Source: Lytechinus pictus (Eukaryota). From it: a DNA stretch of 64,000 nucleotides. The notes under the pieces were generated by a model that was not told the origin of the DNA, did no database searches, and saw only the letters and a program-made list of their open reading frames with translations. Made by a program: the position numbers and the translations under genes. The DNA is taken from the NCBI RefSeq assembly GCF_037042905.1, contig NC_087249.1, positions 1,302,001 through 1,366,000 of the forward strand. The letters are read 5' to 3'. Of this stretch, positions 42,018 to 55,812 are shown one piece after another (position 1 is the first letter of the stretch; every line of letters begins with the position of its first letter).

Positions 42018-44134
42018 CATAGGCGGATCCAGGGGGGCCCGAGGGGCCCGCCCCCCCCCCCCCCCCTATTGTCGGAGCAAAAAAATGAAAAAAGGGGAAA
42101 GAGAGAAAAAAGAAGGGAAAAGAAAGGAGGGGAAAAAAGAGGGAAAATAAGGGGAGGAAGACAAGTGAATGAAATAAGATAAGGGGAAGACTTGGGGAAA
42201 AAAAATTATGTTTCATGTCACTATCTTAAATTTTCGCTCGCGCTTCGCGCTCGTTTTCAAGTCAATATACATAACATATTTCAGCTCGAGCTTTCATCTT
42301 ATTTAATTTACAAATTGATTTTTTTTTAAAGTGCTCTGTAAAATGTCCGTTTTATGTTGTGAATATCAACATTTGCAGCTTGCGCTGTGCGTTCGCATTA
42401 TTTGATTTGCCAAGTAGGCCTACCTATTGTCTTTGTGTATTCCATAAGAATTTCAAAATATCCCTTTTTAGGCATCTGCTTGTCAAAAACGAAGGCACAT
42501 GAGCTAGCGCTGTGCGTTCGGAATTTAATTGATGAGTTATGTATACTTCTATGTTAATTCTATAACAAAGTACTTAAAATCCCCCTTTCATGACAGTTTA
42601 TCACAAATTTCTGATCGTGAGCTCGCGATTTGCGCTCGCATTAATTGTTAAAAATATATCAACCCATGAATCCTATTCATGATTACAAAAGTGCTTAAAA
42701 AATCCATTTTCGGGCCTCAATGTCAACAAATTTCTCGCCTTCATTAGGCTTATTAGATTAATGAATATGATAATAAAATTTCCATGACTTTCTAATATTA
42801 ATTTTCCCTTTTTTCAGAAAGGAATATCGACTAGTTTAATATCGCGCTTAGGAAGACGAATAGGAAGATAGTTATCATTTTCATATGATGACAAAATGTC
42901 CTTAGGCCTAGAATGTCCGGGTCCTAGTTCAAAATGATGATAAAAATATCAGCTCGCGCTTCGCGCTGCAATCATTGATTATATAAGTGTTATATCCACA
43001 TCCACTTCACAATTTCCCTACACAGTGCTTTAGATAGGGCTTAAATTAACCCTTTCCATATCGGAATATCAAATATTTTCAGCTCGCGCTTCGCGCACGC
43101 ATTTTTGATTTTCATGATAAAAAATATAATGTATTCAAAATGCCCAGATTCCGTCTAGCTCTAAAACATGCGCACGCATGTTTGTTTAGATACGCGCAGT
43201 TTGATCTTTATTCAAAACGTGCTAAAATTATCCAGTTTCAGATAATACCAAAATTTTTCTACTCGCGCTTTGCTCTCGCGTTATTAATGTAGGAAGATAC
43301 CAAATTACCCATACTTTTTCATGATTTACAAAACGTGAATATAGTGTCCCGTTTTAGGTCTGAAATATCTTTTTTTCTGATTGCGCTTCGCGCTCGCATC
43401 CATTGTTTGGTTATACGTTTATGATTACAAAAAGTGCTTAGAATGTAAATTTTTTAGGTCGGAATGTCAAATACTTTCAGCTCGCCCTTCGCGCTCGCAT
43501 TATATTATAGTTGAAATATGCATCGTCTTAATGGCTAAATGCAAAAAGTTCTTAACAGGTCCCTTTTCGATCAGGCCAGAACGCATATTAAAACTTAATT
43601 ATCTAGTTACATACGCATCTCGTTCAGGTTCATAAATATTGCTCATTATCGTAAATTTTCAGGACAAAATACATAAAATTGCAAATATTTTTAGCTCGCG
43701 CTATCTAAATAGGGCTTATGAGATTATTACACATTTATGTTGTTCTATAAGAATAAAGCTAATAAATGAATTTTAGGACATGGGCCTTTTGCCACCCCCA
43801 CAAAAAAATCACGACCAAGAAAGAAAAAAAGAAATGAAAAGGAATAAGGGTAGAAAAATATATCATTTTCCAAATGTTATGTCAAAATCTATCACAAACT
43901 TGGATTTTTGTAATAAAAATGTCAACATTTTTCCTCGCTCGCAACTTATTAATTTTAAGCGATACGCCATCACATCGAGCACCCTCAAAATTTGTGGCTC
44001 ATTACGCCACTGGGACAATCTCTTCAAAGAAACAAACAAAAATCAACTTTGAGCATCCGATCAGGCAAAAATATGGATGAAAACAAAATTCGCCCCCCCC
44101 CCCCCCCTATTGGCGGCAGCTGGATCTGCCCCTG
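42018..44134. mobile_element. ~2.1-kb non-autonomous TIR element (hAT-like ends) with internal array of GCTCGCGCTTCGCGCTCGC motifs
   Basis: CATAGGCGGATCCAG...CTGGATCTGCCCCTG termini and flanks CTCAAC/CTTAAC (possible 6-bp TSD). About 13 degenerate motif copies; no ORF. Confidence 0.8.
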
Positions 44135-44581
44135 CTTAACCTTTGAACAACTACCTGTATTCCAAACTGCATGTTTGTTATTGGATGAAAACATCGTATT
44201 ATAAAACCGGCGGTAATTGATTTGTCAATCTTCTTCAAGTGTACTTGACTTGGATTATTAATGCCAACGATGTCATTAATAATCTCCATTTACGACGATT
44301 TTCCTCTCGGTCATATGGGTGCATTGCAATGAAGAACAAGGCGCTTTTCTATTGATACCTAGATACGACAGAAGTAAGATAAACAATCCTGTTATTCATA
44401 CACCAAAAATGGATTACTTTGAATAAAATAATTAAATATCAAACTCCTTTGTACCTAAATCATCTTAATTGCGGTGAATAATGATTTACACTTAGCATAT
44501 TGAATTCTTGAAAATCAAGATTGAAACTTGCTCAATAGTGGTTCCTTCATAATGTATTCTGATACAAATTATTAGTCATGT

Positions 44582-44741
44582 GGGAAACATTTCATCAACA
44601 TTTCTCGTAGGACAAGTTGTCAGATCTGAAGAAAAAAAATCAATTCTGATTGGCTGAGAAGCACTGTTGATATGGTAACTGTCAGATGAAAAATGACTTG
44701 TGGGATCAAATGTCTGACAAATCATTTTATGAAGCGCTCCC
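44582..44741. mobile_element. Degenerate Harbinger-type MITE
   Basis: GGGAAACATTTCATCAAC...TTTTATGAAGCGCTCCC imperfect inverted ends. Confidence 0.5.
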
Positions 44742-46459
44742 CGGTTACCCGTTTTCAAAATAATTTCCCAATGTCTAAATTTCCGAAGGCTAAATTCGTA
44801 AAGACGTAAAGAGGAACATTGGAAGGATATTTTAAAGTTGCTGTTTGCTTATCTAATTAATTAAAAGCATCATAAGAAATGCAAAGATTTTTCATGAAAG
44901 TTAGAGGAAACAATTAAGCTTTTTCTCACCAGTCCCAAACTCCCTTCCCCTTATTGTTTGGGTTTAGGCTATTCTCACAAAGCTACAATTCATCATGTTT
45001 ATAATGAAAAAAAGCAATCAATTATAGGTTTAGTTGAACAGAATTACTGAAGCTGGGAAAAAGTAGCATTTGAATGGCTATATGGAAAGAGGATAAAATT
45101 GCAACATATTTGTATTATACATTATTTTTATTACTTTAATATATTATTGCTATATTCTCTATGAGATATAACACTTGTTCTGCTGTCCTACTGGTTTTTT
45201 ATTGTTTGTTTTGCCAGAACCGCTGGAGCAAAAGTACCGAAGACTGCCCCTAGAACCAAAAATGTATATATAGAGATAATTGAAACCGGTCTAATGAAGT
45301 TCAACGGTACAGGTGGAAACGTCTCCCTAAGATTAGAGAGGAGTGAACACCTGTGTGTGGGAGTGTACGAGTATCTAATCACTGATGAACTTGGTGGGGG
45401 ATTGGTGGGTAGCTGAAGACCATTAGTTATTGGGAGAGTGAGTGTAGATGAGGTAGGTCCGTTGACATGAAAGGATAAACAAGGACATTTTAAGAGATTG
45501 AGAAAGAAATAGAGACAAAGAGAAAGAGGGAGTGATAGCGACATTGGGTGAGTGGGTTGGTGGGTGGATGAATGGTGCCCATCTCGTTATTGAGTGTAAT
45601 GCTCACGCGTTTTAAAGGGCTCTTCAAACCGCACTACGTATAGAAACTCCAAAGTGTCTCGTATTTAGAAAAATCCATTTTATTTATTTATTTCTACTTT
45701 TCACCCCAGTGGCAGTTGAAGAGAGACGGAGGAAGGAAAAAATAAAAAGAGGAGACAGTCGGGGACCTTGGCAGTTGAGAAAATGGAATGGGATACAAGA
45801 CTGGTACGGTTGAGTTTCATTAATTGACATGGTCCTTAGGCACAAAGGGTATCTCTTATCTCTCCGTAGACATAGGATATATTTACAGTTGGAAAAGGAG
45901 GTGATTCAAATGGTGATGGTAATTGTCCTTTGTTGGTAGATGACGTGAACCCTAGCCAGAATAGATTCCTTTTTTCATGTATAATAGATTTATTTCATGA
46001 TTTTTATTTTGTCATCTTCTTCTATTCTGTTAAATGATTGAGTAAATATCCAATATATTTTTTAATTGATATATACTTATTGGTTTTCAATTGATTTATT
46101 TGTCATCAAAATGTGTACCCTTCTTTAATCTTTTGAAATGTTTACTGTTTCGCTTGGATGGTCTTTTTATACCTCAGTAAAATGGATTATGCTCCATAAT
46201 TTATCCTTTTAAAAATATCGATATTTATTTGAACATATTGAATGGAAGACAATATAGTCTTATTCAAATGTTGACATTGTATTTAAGGTTCCAACAGTGT
46301 GCGATGCTACTGGCGTATAGGGCATATGATATTCATTCATTGGTTTCCTCTGCTAAAGTCAGAAAGTCAGTTTCACGCAGAAAAATAGGATACGAAATAG
46401 CAGTTTAATATACCTTGCGTTCGTGCAATCATCGACCTGTATTCTGGAATCAGATTTAA

Positions 46460-47716
46460 GAGGGTACTCAAGGCTGAAAATTATGATTTAAACAGAATAA
46501 GGAAAAATTAGACAAACAAAACACTGAAGATTTGATCAAAATTGGACAAGAAATAACAGAGTTATGACATTTTAAAGATTTTCATTATTTCAGTGAAACA
46601 GTTCTATGCGTGTCTTCATGAATATTCAATGAACAAACTGATAGTGTCATTATCCCTACTTGTTATTTTTTTTATTACATGATATGGTGGTACATCATGC
46701 CTTTATTAAAGATCAAGCATAACAAAAACCAGGCCCAACAACGATGGATGCATTCACATGGTACACAGTAAGATAGAGAGAGATAGTGAGAGATAGAGAA
46801 AAATAGAGGGGAAAAGAAGTGAGAGAGGGGAAGAGTGAGAGAAAGAAACGAAAAAGCATTAGATAGATAGGATCGAGGAAGAAAGATTGGAATAGTACAT
46901 TATGATACAGTTCAATACAATAATATACAACAATTCTATGGAATGGTCAAAACGAGCAATATCGAGCAGTAGGGTAGAAAGAGAGATAGACGATATATAC
47001 ATAGAGAGACAGAGAGGGGGAGAAGGAGGGGGGAGAAATAGAAGAAAAAGCGGTAAAGGCAAAGAGAAGAGAGATCGGAATAATATATCATTTACTGATC
47101 AATACAGTATACAACATTGTCATGAAATTTATTTTTTATTTATTTTTTCCCTCCAAGAACTACAAAATTTGATTGACAATTGATTCAATGTATTACACAT
47201 TCATTGCTGCAACCTATTCTATCATAAGTTAGACATGATTTCGGGGAGTCGTGTCATTTACACATGTATGAAAAAAAATAATATCATTTCATGTAATAAT
47301 GTAAGAAAAAGCAAAGTGGGGTGTGACATTATCAGCCAACATAATGATAATTCATGACGACGTGCATTACCCAGGGTAGCCACTTCAGTTGGGAAACTGC
47401 TCTACCAGTTGGCCCTGCATAACATAACATGTTAGTATTACCCTTCTCCATGCAGTCTATATATTGAGCGCCTCGTAAGAAGGCAGAAGGTCCCATTTTT
47501 ATAAGTCTCTGGTATGACTCTGTCCAGGATTGAACCCACAGCCTCCCATTCACGAGGCACGTACTTAACCCCTGAATCACAATGCATATAACTCTTTTTT
47601 AAAAAAATGTTGCCATTACTTTGTTAATTGTTAATTTGGTGAAATTTTGAGCATTTTGCTTAGTGAATTTCATATTATTTATTTAGATATAATTAATTTC
47701 AATCCGGAGTACCCCT
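46460..47716. mobile_element. Kolobok-like MITE, family A, copy 3, interrupted by two insertions
   Basis: TTAA|GAGGGTACTCAAGGCTG...CCGGAGTACCCCT|TTAA. Collinear with copy 2 apart from inserts at ~46683-47120 and 47368-47582. Confidence 0.8.
47368..47582 (-). mobile_element. tRNA-derived SINE with L2-like tail, nested in Kolobok-like MITE
   Basis: The minus strand has a degenerate A box, B box GGTTCAATCC, body GTCATACCAGAGACTTATAAAAATGGGACC and tail CAACTGAAGTGGCTACCCTGGGTAA. Flanked by TGCAT direct repeats (47363-47367, 47583-47587). Confidence 0.85.
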
Positions 47717-48953
47717 TTAAACAAGCTGCTTCGTTTAAAGAGGTGAATTCTTACCTGGAGGCGTTCCTACATCCATGGCATTGCTCACACACTTCATCTC
47801 ACCTCCCCCTTTATTGCTAAAATTGTGGAAAGCCGAAAATTTCAAAAATGTTATTGTGTGAAGCTACTTTTCTAATTCTGTTAATACAATCTCATTTTCA
47901 TTACAAGCTTCCTCGAGAATTTACCAACGAAGAGAACCTTATAAAAAAAACATTGATGATTTCTTGTTTTTTTTTCATACCGTACAGCTATCATTCACAT
48001 CGATGATAAACTTGTCACTTACAGGCATAACATATGCAAAGTTACATTTAAAATTTGTATACCTATTTGCGCCGCGTGAGAAGGTGAATTTTTTGCTTAG
48101 ATAAAAAACCTCTCTCTCTATCTCTCTCTCCCTCTAGTTTTACCTCTCCCAACTGAAAATAATGTATCATTTATTTTAATGAAAGTTATATTCTCTATGG
48201 TTCTATAATTTCTTCGAATATCCCACCGTTTTCCCCTTTTTGGGGGGTGGTCCTGCTTTGGCATCTCTAGACAAATCGATACAAAAGAAGGCTAGGATAA
48301 GATTGCAGGCGATCAGCATTTTGATGAGACAACTACAGACATGTCTCGAGGAAGCCAGAGTGTCTTTGAAGTTGCTCAATTGTATATAACTTGAAATGAA
48401 GCTGAAAGTGAGAAGGTCCATTGTCAAGATCCCATATCCTTCCACGTACGCTATACTTCGGCTGAGAAACAGAAGAGAAGAATGTAGGTTGATGAAGCAA
48501 TCTCTTTCATTTGGAAGCTTCTATTCTTGCAGGTTTTTATTCACATAATGGTCACCAGTAGATGGTCTAATTATCAGATTGACTAACACAATCTCGGCTA
48601 AAACATGGACCTACTACTGAATCTAATATCAATCTGGTATTTCTCTTGTTTAATGGAATGCGGAGTTGGTTCAATTCTTACTTTTTTTTTTAAACGCAAA
48701 TTTTGTTCAAAAACAGTTCGTCTAACTATATGACTAAAGTGGTATTAGACCATATTAATAACTGACGGAATTGGTACTATAGCTGGAAATTAGACAAAAT
48801 GGTAATTGAGTTAAATGGCGAGTTATACTAAAATCGTTGGTTAAGTACTGCCGGTGTAGACCAATGGACACTTTATCTTTATGGTTACCATGGTTACATG
48901 CATGGAATGCGATGCCTGCTCGGAGCATACGTTCACGGAGCGGGAATAGAGTA

Positions 48954-49040
48954 GATAAGATAAGATAAGATTTATTTTATTTATACACGGTTAAAAAGCC
49001 CAAACAGTTCACAGACTGATTTCCATTGGGGCCGTGTGGA
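48954..49040 (-). mobile_element. LINE (L2/Crack-like) 3' tail with (CTTAT)n end
   Basis: Minus strand GGCCCCAATGGAAATCAGTCTGTGAACTGTTTGGGC...ATAAATAAAATAAAT(CTTAT)n. Confidence 0.5.
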
Positions 49041-50469
49041 ACATACAATTGACAAAGTAAACATTTTAAAATCAGTGTATAACGAACAATATATATGGAA
49101 AAGGAGCATCAATGAAATATTGCAAGACAATCATTGAAACGTGAAGAGGAGGGGAGGAGAAGAAGAAAAAAAAAGGAAGAAGAAGAAGGGAAAAGTGAGA
49201 GGGAGACGAAAAAGAGAAAAGACAACAGAGAAGATAACAGAAGAAGAAAAGAAGAAGAAGAAAAAGAATAATAATGATAGTAAGAAAAAGACGAAGAAAT
49301 TATATACCGTTTTCAAAAACATCAATAATTTACAACATGAAATATCTATCGGTAAATTGGAACAAAGCGGTGCATACATGGTAATAGTAAATGTGTACAT
49401 GGTAAAGTAAAATGTCAAAGTAAATACATGTTTCTCTAATGGACAAACAAGTACAAGAAAATGAATACAAGTCATGATTTATCAATGATAAAAACTAAAC
49501 ATACAAAAATGTCTGGAAAATTTATGATAACTAAACATAACTAAACATGCACTGAAATTAATTATAAAACTTATATAGTTAATACTCATGCCTTTTCGAG
49601 ACAACCGGGGTAAGGTGGGCTTCCTCGAAAGGGAGGGTTGAGAAGTTTTCTGTAAACGTGTCTATATAAAATAATAACAACAACAACAATATAATATTAT
49701 CAGGAGCAAAGAGGAAAGCTTGAATATTTTGTCGATTTCTAATGAGTTTTCATAATTAATAAAATACATCATTCTAGAAACCCCCCTCGGAGGCCTTTTG
49801 AATGGCTGAATGAAGAGAAAGGAGCGTGTGTTCTATTCTGAATAAAGTTTGCAAATAATTTCAACCCAAACATTTCAGAAAAAGAACAGAATTAACGCGA
49901 CCTAAAATAGATGGAAATGTAGCACTTTCGTCGCTTTTTGAGCCGTGACACACAGACGAGAATTGATCAACTGGTACAAGAAACTACTTAACCCAGCCTT
50001 TCGTGAAGCTGCCCCCACCCCCGATTGTCTCAAAAGGGTACAGCCAACCCACCCCCACTACACTCCCGTTCCATGAACGCAGACTGTCACCAGGAGCCAC
50101 GCTTTAGTGTTCTAAAAGATACATAATATACTTCTCAATTTCCTAGTCTGTGTTTGGTTTGTGAGGATTCTTTTCTAATTCTTTTCTTTTCTTTATTCGA
50201 TACTACCATCGGATAATACAAACTAAAATCTGCAATGAAATTAGAATTTAACTTACGTCTTCCTTTATAAATATTCTGCTGAGGGTTAACCCGAAAGGGT
50301 TAAAGTATGGTCTATCTCTGTGCGTCATTCTGAGGTCAAGTGAAGTATTCATCATTAAATGATATATATATATACAGCTTCCTGAACTAACCTCATTAAG
50401 AAATATATGTAAATACATGTACATGTATATATGGGATTGCGCCAATAATTATGGCTTCATTTGCAGTTC

Positions 50470-50507
<38 letters not shown>

Positions 50508-51939
50508 ATATATATATATACATATAGTTGAAAGCCAGGGGTCCTTGGACTTAATGGTAATCAGTATGGTACAATGAGAAAAAGGGAGAATAAACTGAGA
50601 AAAGCAAGTTCTAGGGCCGTATCAAATATACCGTATTCCCCTGCCATTCAATAGCGATAAATATTACGTCACATTTAGCCCCCCCCCCCCCCCCGCCTTA
50701 GTGGCTAAGTGAATTTTCTAAATTATGCCATAATATTTATTTTGTTTTAAAAAACACCATCCTGTCATTCCTATTTATTCATCACCATTAATTAATATTT
50801 TCTACATACTTTTTGAAAAGGGCCAACAATCGTCAGTCCATAACAAAATATAAGAATAATGACAGTGATTATACTGTTTTTCTTTATTTCATTGACCTCG
50901 TCAGATAGACAGGCAATCTTTCAGAATAGCGTCCAGGGTGAATCGATTTCATGCCCCATGTGACAGGGTGTAGATCGTGACCCCCGGTCCCATTAAATTT
51001 TCATAATTCTAATGAATGATGCACGCCTCTTATCTGCATGGGATAATCTGATTCTCCGAGTTGCGGAGACTCAATTTCAAACTCCCCCCCCCCCCTCTAC
51101 AGTTATTATTGCACCCCAAAAGCTACAAGACCAACAAAAGGGAGGCAATGCTAGAAAAGAAAAATAAAAGTGATAACATGTGAGGCTATTTTCTGAATAT
51201 TATTGTCAAGATGTGTCACAAAATTTGATTTTCATGTTCAAATGTCAAATGTTTTACTCTCTCGCCCCGCTCGTTCGGGACCTTTAGAAAATATCACCAC
51301 AGACGCTACCCCCCCCCCCCCTCCCCCTATTTTTTAAATTTACGTCTATATTTTATTCGGGGGGCATATTAGGCCCCTGCCGTTGCCGATTGTTCGGAGA
51401 TTTTTAATTAAAATGGGGAGGATCGGGAGACATGAAAAGAATATAGAATGAAAGAAAGAAATAGAAGCTTTTAGAAACCATCATTTATTCAGTAGGAAAG
51501 TGGTACCATGATATTCATTAATGATGGTGCATTCCACCTGATGAATGAAAGTTTTCAGAGAAATATTTTCGATCCCAATAATCAGAAAAATCTTTCCCCC
51601 CCCCCCCCTCTCGATTTAATAAAACTGTCAGAAGTATCATGTACGTCAATTGGGTTTCTTGCGTGGTATCGCATTGTTATCGATATAGAAATGGTAGAAT
51701 CTAGATCATTTGAATGTTATATTCTGTAACTTTTGTAACTAATGGTATGCTTTTGCTCAGTAGCAATTGTGTTATGTTATTTGTTATAATACATTCCATC
51801 AGATTATGTGTTATGTATATGTTTCAGATTTTGTATAATGATGTTTTTGAACTAAATGATCAATTCAATTCAAATCAAATTGAACCTTTTTTAAAAGTAA
51901 TATTTTATTTTTATCCAAATTCCAAAAATATGTGTTATA

Positions 51940-53701
51940 CAGTGCGTCTCAAAAAAAAACTATACACTTTTGAAATGGCTACCAAACAAAAAATATGTCA
52001 CTATGGGGGAAAATACCTATATATATGGAAAGCCAATAAAGTCAATTTTCAGATGACACCAAAAAGTTGGAAAACTATTCATGCTTGAGTGAGCACTACC
52101 CACTTAAACAAATGGTATAGAAATTAGGCTGGGCAGGAATTTGCCTTCCAATTTCTTTCAGTTTTTGAGATGCGAGTCCCTTGGAACTTGCAAAGTTGAG
52201 GGTGTTCCCATAAGTCAATGATCAAGCATTATCAATTTAGGTTTTTAGAGCAAATTTCAAGAATTATTAAATTGAAATTTAATGCATGAGAGAACATGAA
52301 ATACCATTTTTAACCTTTTCACGTGGATCTCAGCAATGTGTTCATGGAAGGGATAGGACTTACATGTAGGTGGGGGAAGTGCAGTTGATGGGATAAGGGT
52401 TAACAGATAACTTAACCCCCCCCCCCCAATCCCTCTCTCTACCCCTTTCACCACTCCTGAGAGACTAGCCTTTGCTAGAGGGAGCAGGAATTAGCCTTCC
52501 AGGTGTTTCTTTAGTGGTGAGTCCTTTGGAACTTGCAAAGTTAAGGGTAGGGTGTTATGCTAAATTACTGATGAATTGAGATAAGTTTTGGTTTCTTACA
52601 CAAATTTCATGAGTTACAAAATTGAAATGTAATACATGAGTAAACAGGAATTGTGATTTTAGTGTAGCATTTTTAGTTTATTATTTGGATCTTAGCAAGT
52701 GTGCTTGTGAGAGTCAGAGTATTGTGATGGTACCTGTTACATGCAAGGGGGTGAGATATGGTAAGACTGGGTTAAAGGGGCATTCTTCTTTGTGTTCTCT
52801 TACAAATCATGTACTCACTCCCGCCCTCCACCCCCTTCTTTTTCCTGGATGGTATCAAAAACTTAAATGCCAAGTGACTGATCGTTGATGGGTCCTTCTT
52901 TTCCATTGAATGATTATTAAGAACTTGACTAATTATGGTGATTTATGAAATAATTTATTGAAAAAGCTGAATGTTTGATTGATAATTTATTGAAAAAGGT
53001 GAATATTTGATTGATCACATTGATTGAGTGGATTTACTAACAAATTGTTGATTGAATGATTGATAAGTGAAAGTTGATGACCTACAGTAGTTTTCATAAT
53101 TTATTATCAAATTGACAGTCCACTCTGGACTTAATGTGTACATGTAATAGCAATCAGTCTCAATCTCAACAGGAGGGGGGAAGGGACGGACCTGAAGGAG
53201 GGAGGCTAAACGTTCTGTTGACCCCTTTCCCATCAGCTTATTTCACCCACTGAAGTCCTATCTTACCCCTATTCTCCTGACTCCTTTGAACACACTGTTG
53301 AGATCCATAATTGTACAGTTAAAATGCTGCACTAAAGATTGCAATTCACGCTCACTCATGCATGAAATTTCAATTTGATAATTCATGAAATTTGCTTTAA
53401 CAATTTAGATTGATCATGAATGACCACAAATTAAATTTAGATTAATTTAAGTTTGCATGTTCCAAGGGACTCGCCTCTCAAAAACTGACAGAAATCGAAA
53501 GGCTAATTCCTGCCCACCCTAATTTTCATACCCTTTGTTTAAGTGGGTAGTGCTCACTCAAGCATGAATAGTTTTCCAACTTTTTGGTGTCATCTAAAAG
53601 TTGACTTCATTGGCTTTCCATTTATATAGGCATTTTCCCCCAAAGTGACATATTTTTTGTTTGGTAGCCCTTTCAAAAGTGTATTTTTTTTAGACGCACT
53701 G
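51940..53701. mobile_element. Non-autonomous Tc1/mariner-type element, copy 2 (inverted relative to 352-2027)
   Basis: TA|CAGTGCGTCTCAAAAA...TTTTAGACGCACTG|TA. The interior (e.g. 53110-53165) is the reverse complement of ~797-855. Confidence 0.9.
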
Positions 53702-55226
53702 TAGTGCAATCAACAAAACATTTTCATATAAAAAGAAATAATCATTGATTATCGTTGAAACATATAATGAACACGCAAAATAATTTAACTGAAGGTCTGA
53801 GAGAAGTTTAATCTGTCTTCAAAACACCCCTCCCCCGGTCAACTAAAGCACAAGCACAAACAAAACACATTCGAACACACATACACACTCCCACACACAC
53901 CGCACACCACCCCAACACCCGCACAGCCCCCCCCCCCCCCCCACACACACACACACCCTCTGAAGTACACAGTCTCCTGTAATATCAGTATCAATCCATG
54001 ATATCCGTGCCTGGTTCGCAACCTCTATTGGTGAAAATTTCCCATTTTCTGAGATGGTGCACTAAAGTGCCCCTCTCTTTAACTATTTTTGTCTCCTCGT
54101 GTTCATTTTCTATATTTTGTTGTTTTATTTCTTGAGGTGAGGGGGTTTAGATAGAGCCAGTTTGTTTAATGGACTCTCTGTTAATGTTCATACTTGTACA
54201 TTTCTGTTTAGCCATGGTCTTGAATTGAGGGGTTCGATCCTTTCTCTTTCATTTCTGAAAACTGTGACACAAGCGAAAAAAGGTCATCAATAAAAACTGT
54301 TGATCATTTCGAGAAACTGATTTCCTCCCCTATTTTATTGCTTTTGAAAATTTAGAGGGTTCGAATCCCCGAACCTACCCCACGCCCCCCTCCTGCTACG
54401 GGCTTGGATGGGGGGAAAATAAGTTTATTATTCACACGAGCCGTAGATAAGATAGATAAAATATCTAATCATCTATGTAAAGCCGATGGGATGGTGCGTT
54501 CGTGTGTGTTTTAAAGGTTTGTGATTGGTAACCATGACAACGAAAATGATATGGGGTGGAGAATTTAACAGATCATCCTAGATAATAAGGTACCAATCTA
54601 ATGGAATGAACGAGATGATGGAGAATAGTGAAATAAGACTTATTTTCCGTGGTTGTCATCGATGTTAATAAACACGATCAGAACATTAAAACGAGCTTTG
54701 GATGTTTTACGCTCTGGGCTATATGAGCCGCTGTAATGCTCATAGACCTGTTCCACATCATTTTCTTGTGTTTGGATGAACATCATATTTCCTCTTAGAA
54801 AGGATATGAGCTTTCTTCCGTCTGCTTGTAAAAATTAAACCCCTTGCGGCTTGTCCTAGGTCTACACATCATGTTTTCATAAGAGCACGTAAACATTGTT
54901 TCAATATTACATTTTGCTATATATCCTCAGAAACCTTTTTATTACCTTCATTCGCGGCTCTCGTGATGAAATTCGTGATCATGATGGCGTGTGTATCGAA
55001 TGAAAAATAGTTGTATTCAACTCTCCTGTAATTTATATACCCCTTACAAAATAAACACAAGAAATTTTAAATTAAGGTTACTCGATTTAGCCTCTTATAC
55101 CTACATTTTCCTTTTCTGGGTACCGATTTGTAATTGAAGCCATCTTCAGCGACTCTGACCTTTTTTTTTTTAAATATATTGAAGATGGGTTTTAGCCCCG
55201 TTTAAGAAAATGTTTTATGATATTAA

Positions 55227-55812
55227 AGGAGAATGAAACCCTTGAAACCAGCTGAATCCATATCAAAGAGAAAAATCAAAGAAACATATTGTTGAAAGTT
55301 TGATGAAGATTGAATGAATAATAAGAAAGTTATGAGCATTTGAATATTGAGATCACTAATGCCATGTAGATCCTCCCATTGGCAATGCAACCAAGATCTG
55401 TGATGTCACACACGTACAACTCCCTCATTACTTTAGTACTTATTTCACTTATATTCTCACTTTTATAGAGTCTATCACAAGGTGAGCTGTTCTCTTTATG
55501 AGAGGACAAGTACAGAGGTTTCACAACATTATATCATTGATGAATCGTTTGTCATATGATTAGAATGAGCAAAAAGAGATGTTTTGGGGTATATTTTCAG
55601 TGTCCAAAAGGGGAGAGTTGTTCATCTGTGACATCATAGATCTTGGTCGCATTGCCAATGGGAGGATCTCCATAGCATTAGTGATCTCCGACATTCAAAT
55701 GCTCATAACTCTTCTATTGCTAGTCCTATTTTACTCAAACTTTTTTTGAATCTTATTCTTTGATTTTTCTGCTTTCACAAAAGCTAACTTGCTCCAAGAG
55801 TTTCATTCTCCT
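55227..55812. mobile_element. Kolobok-like MITE, family C, with ~185-bp TIRs
   Basis: TTAA|AGGAGAATGAAAC...GTTTCATTCTCCT|TTAA. Inner TIR segments GATCCTCCCATTGGCAATGCAACCAAGATCTGTGATGTCACA and TGTGACATCATAGATCTTGGTCGCATTGCCAATGGGAGGATC. Confidence 0.88.

Noticed and set aside
352-53701. Composite transposon formed by the two Tc1-type copies around the GPCR exons
   Set aside because: Each copy has its own TA flanks, they are visibly diverged and 50 kb apart, and TA TSDs carry no information. Independent insertions are simpler.
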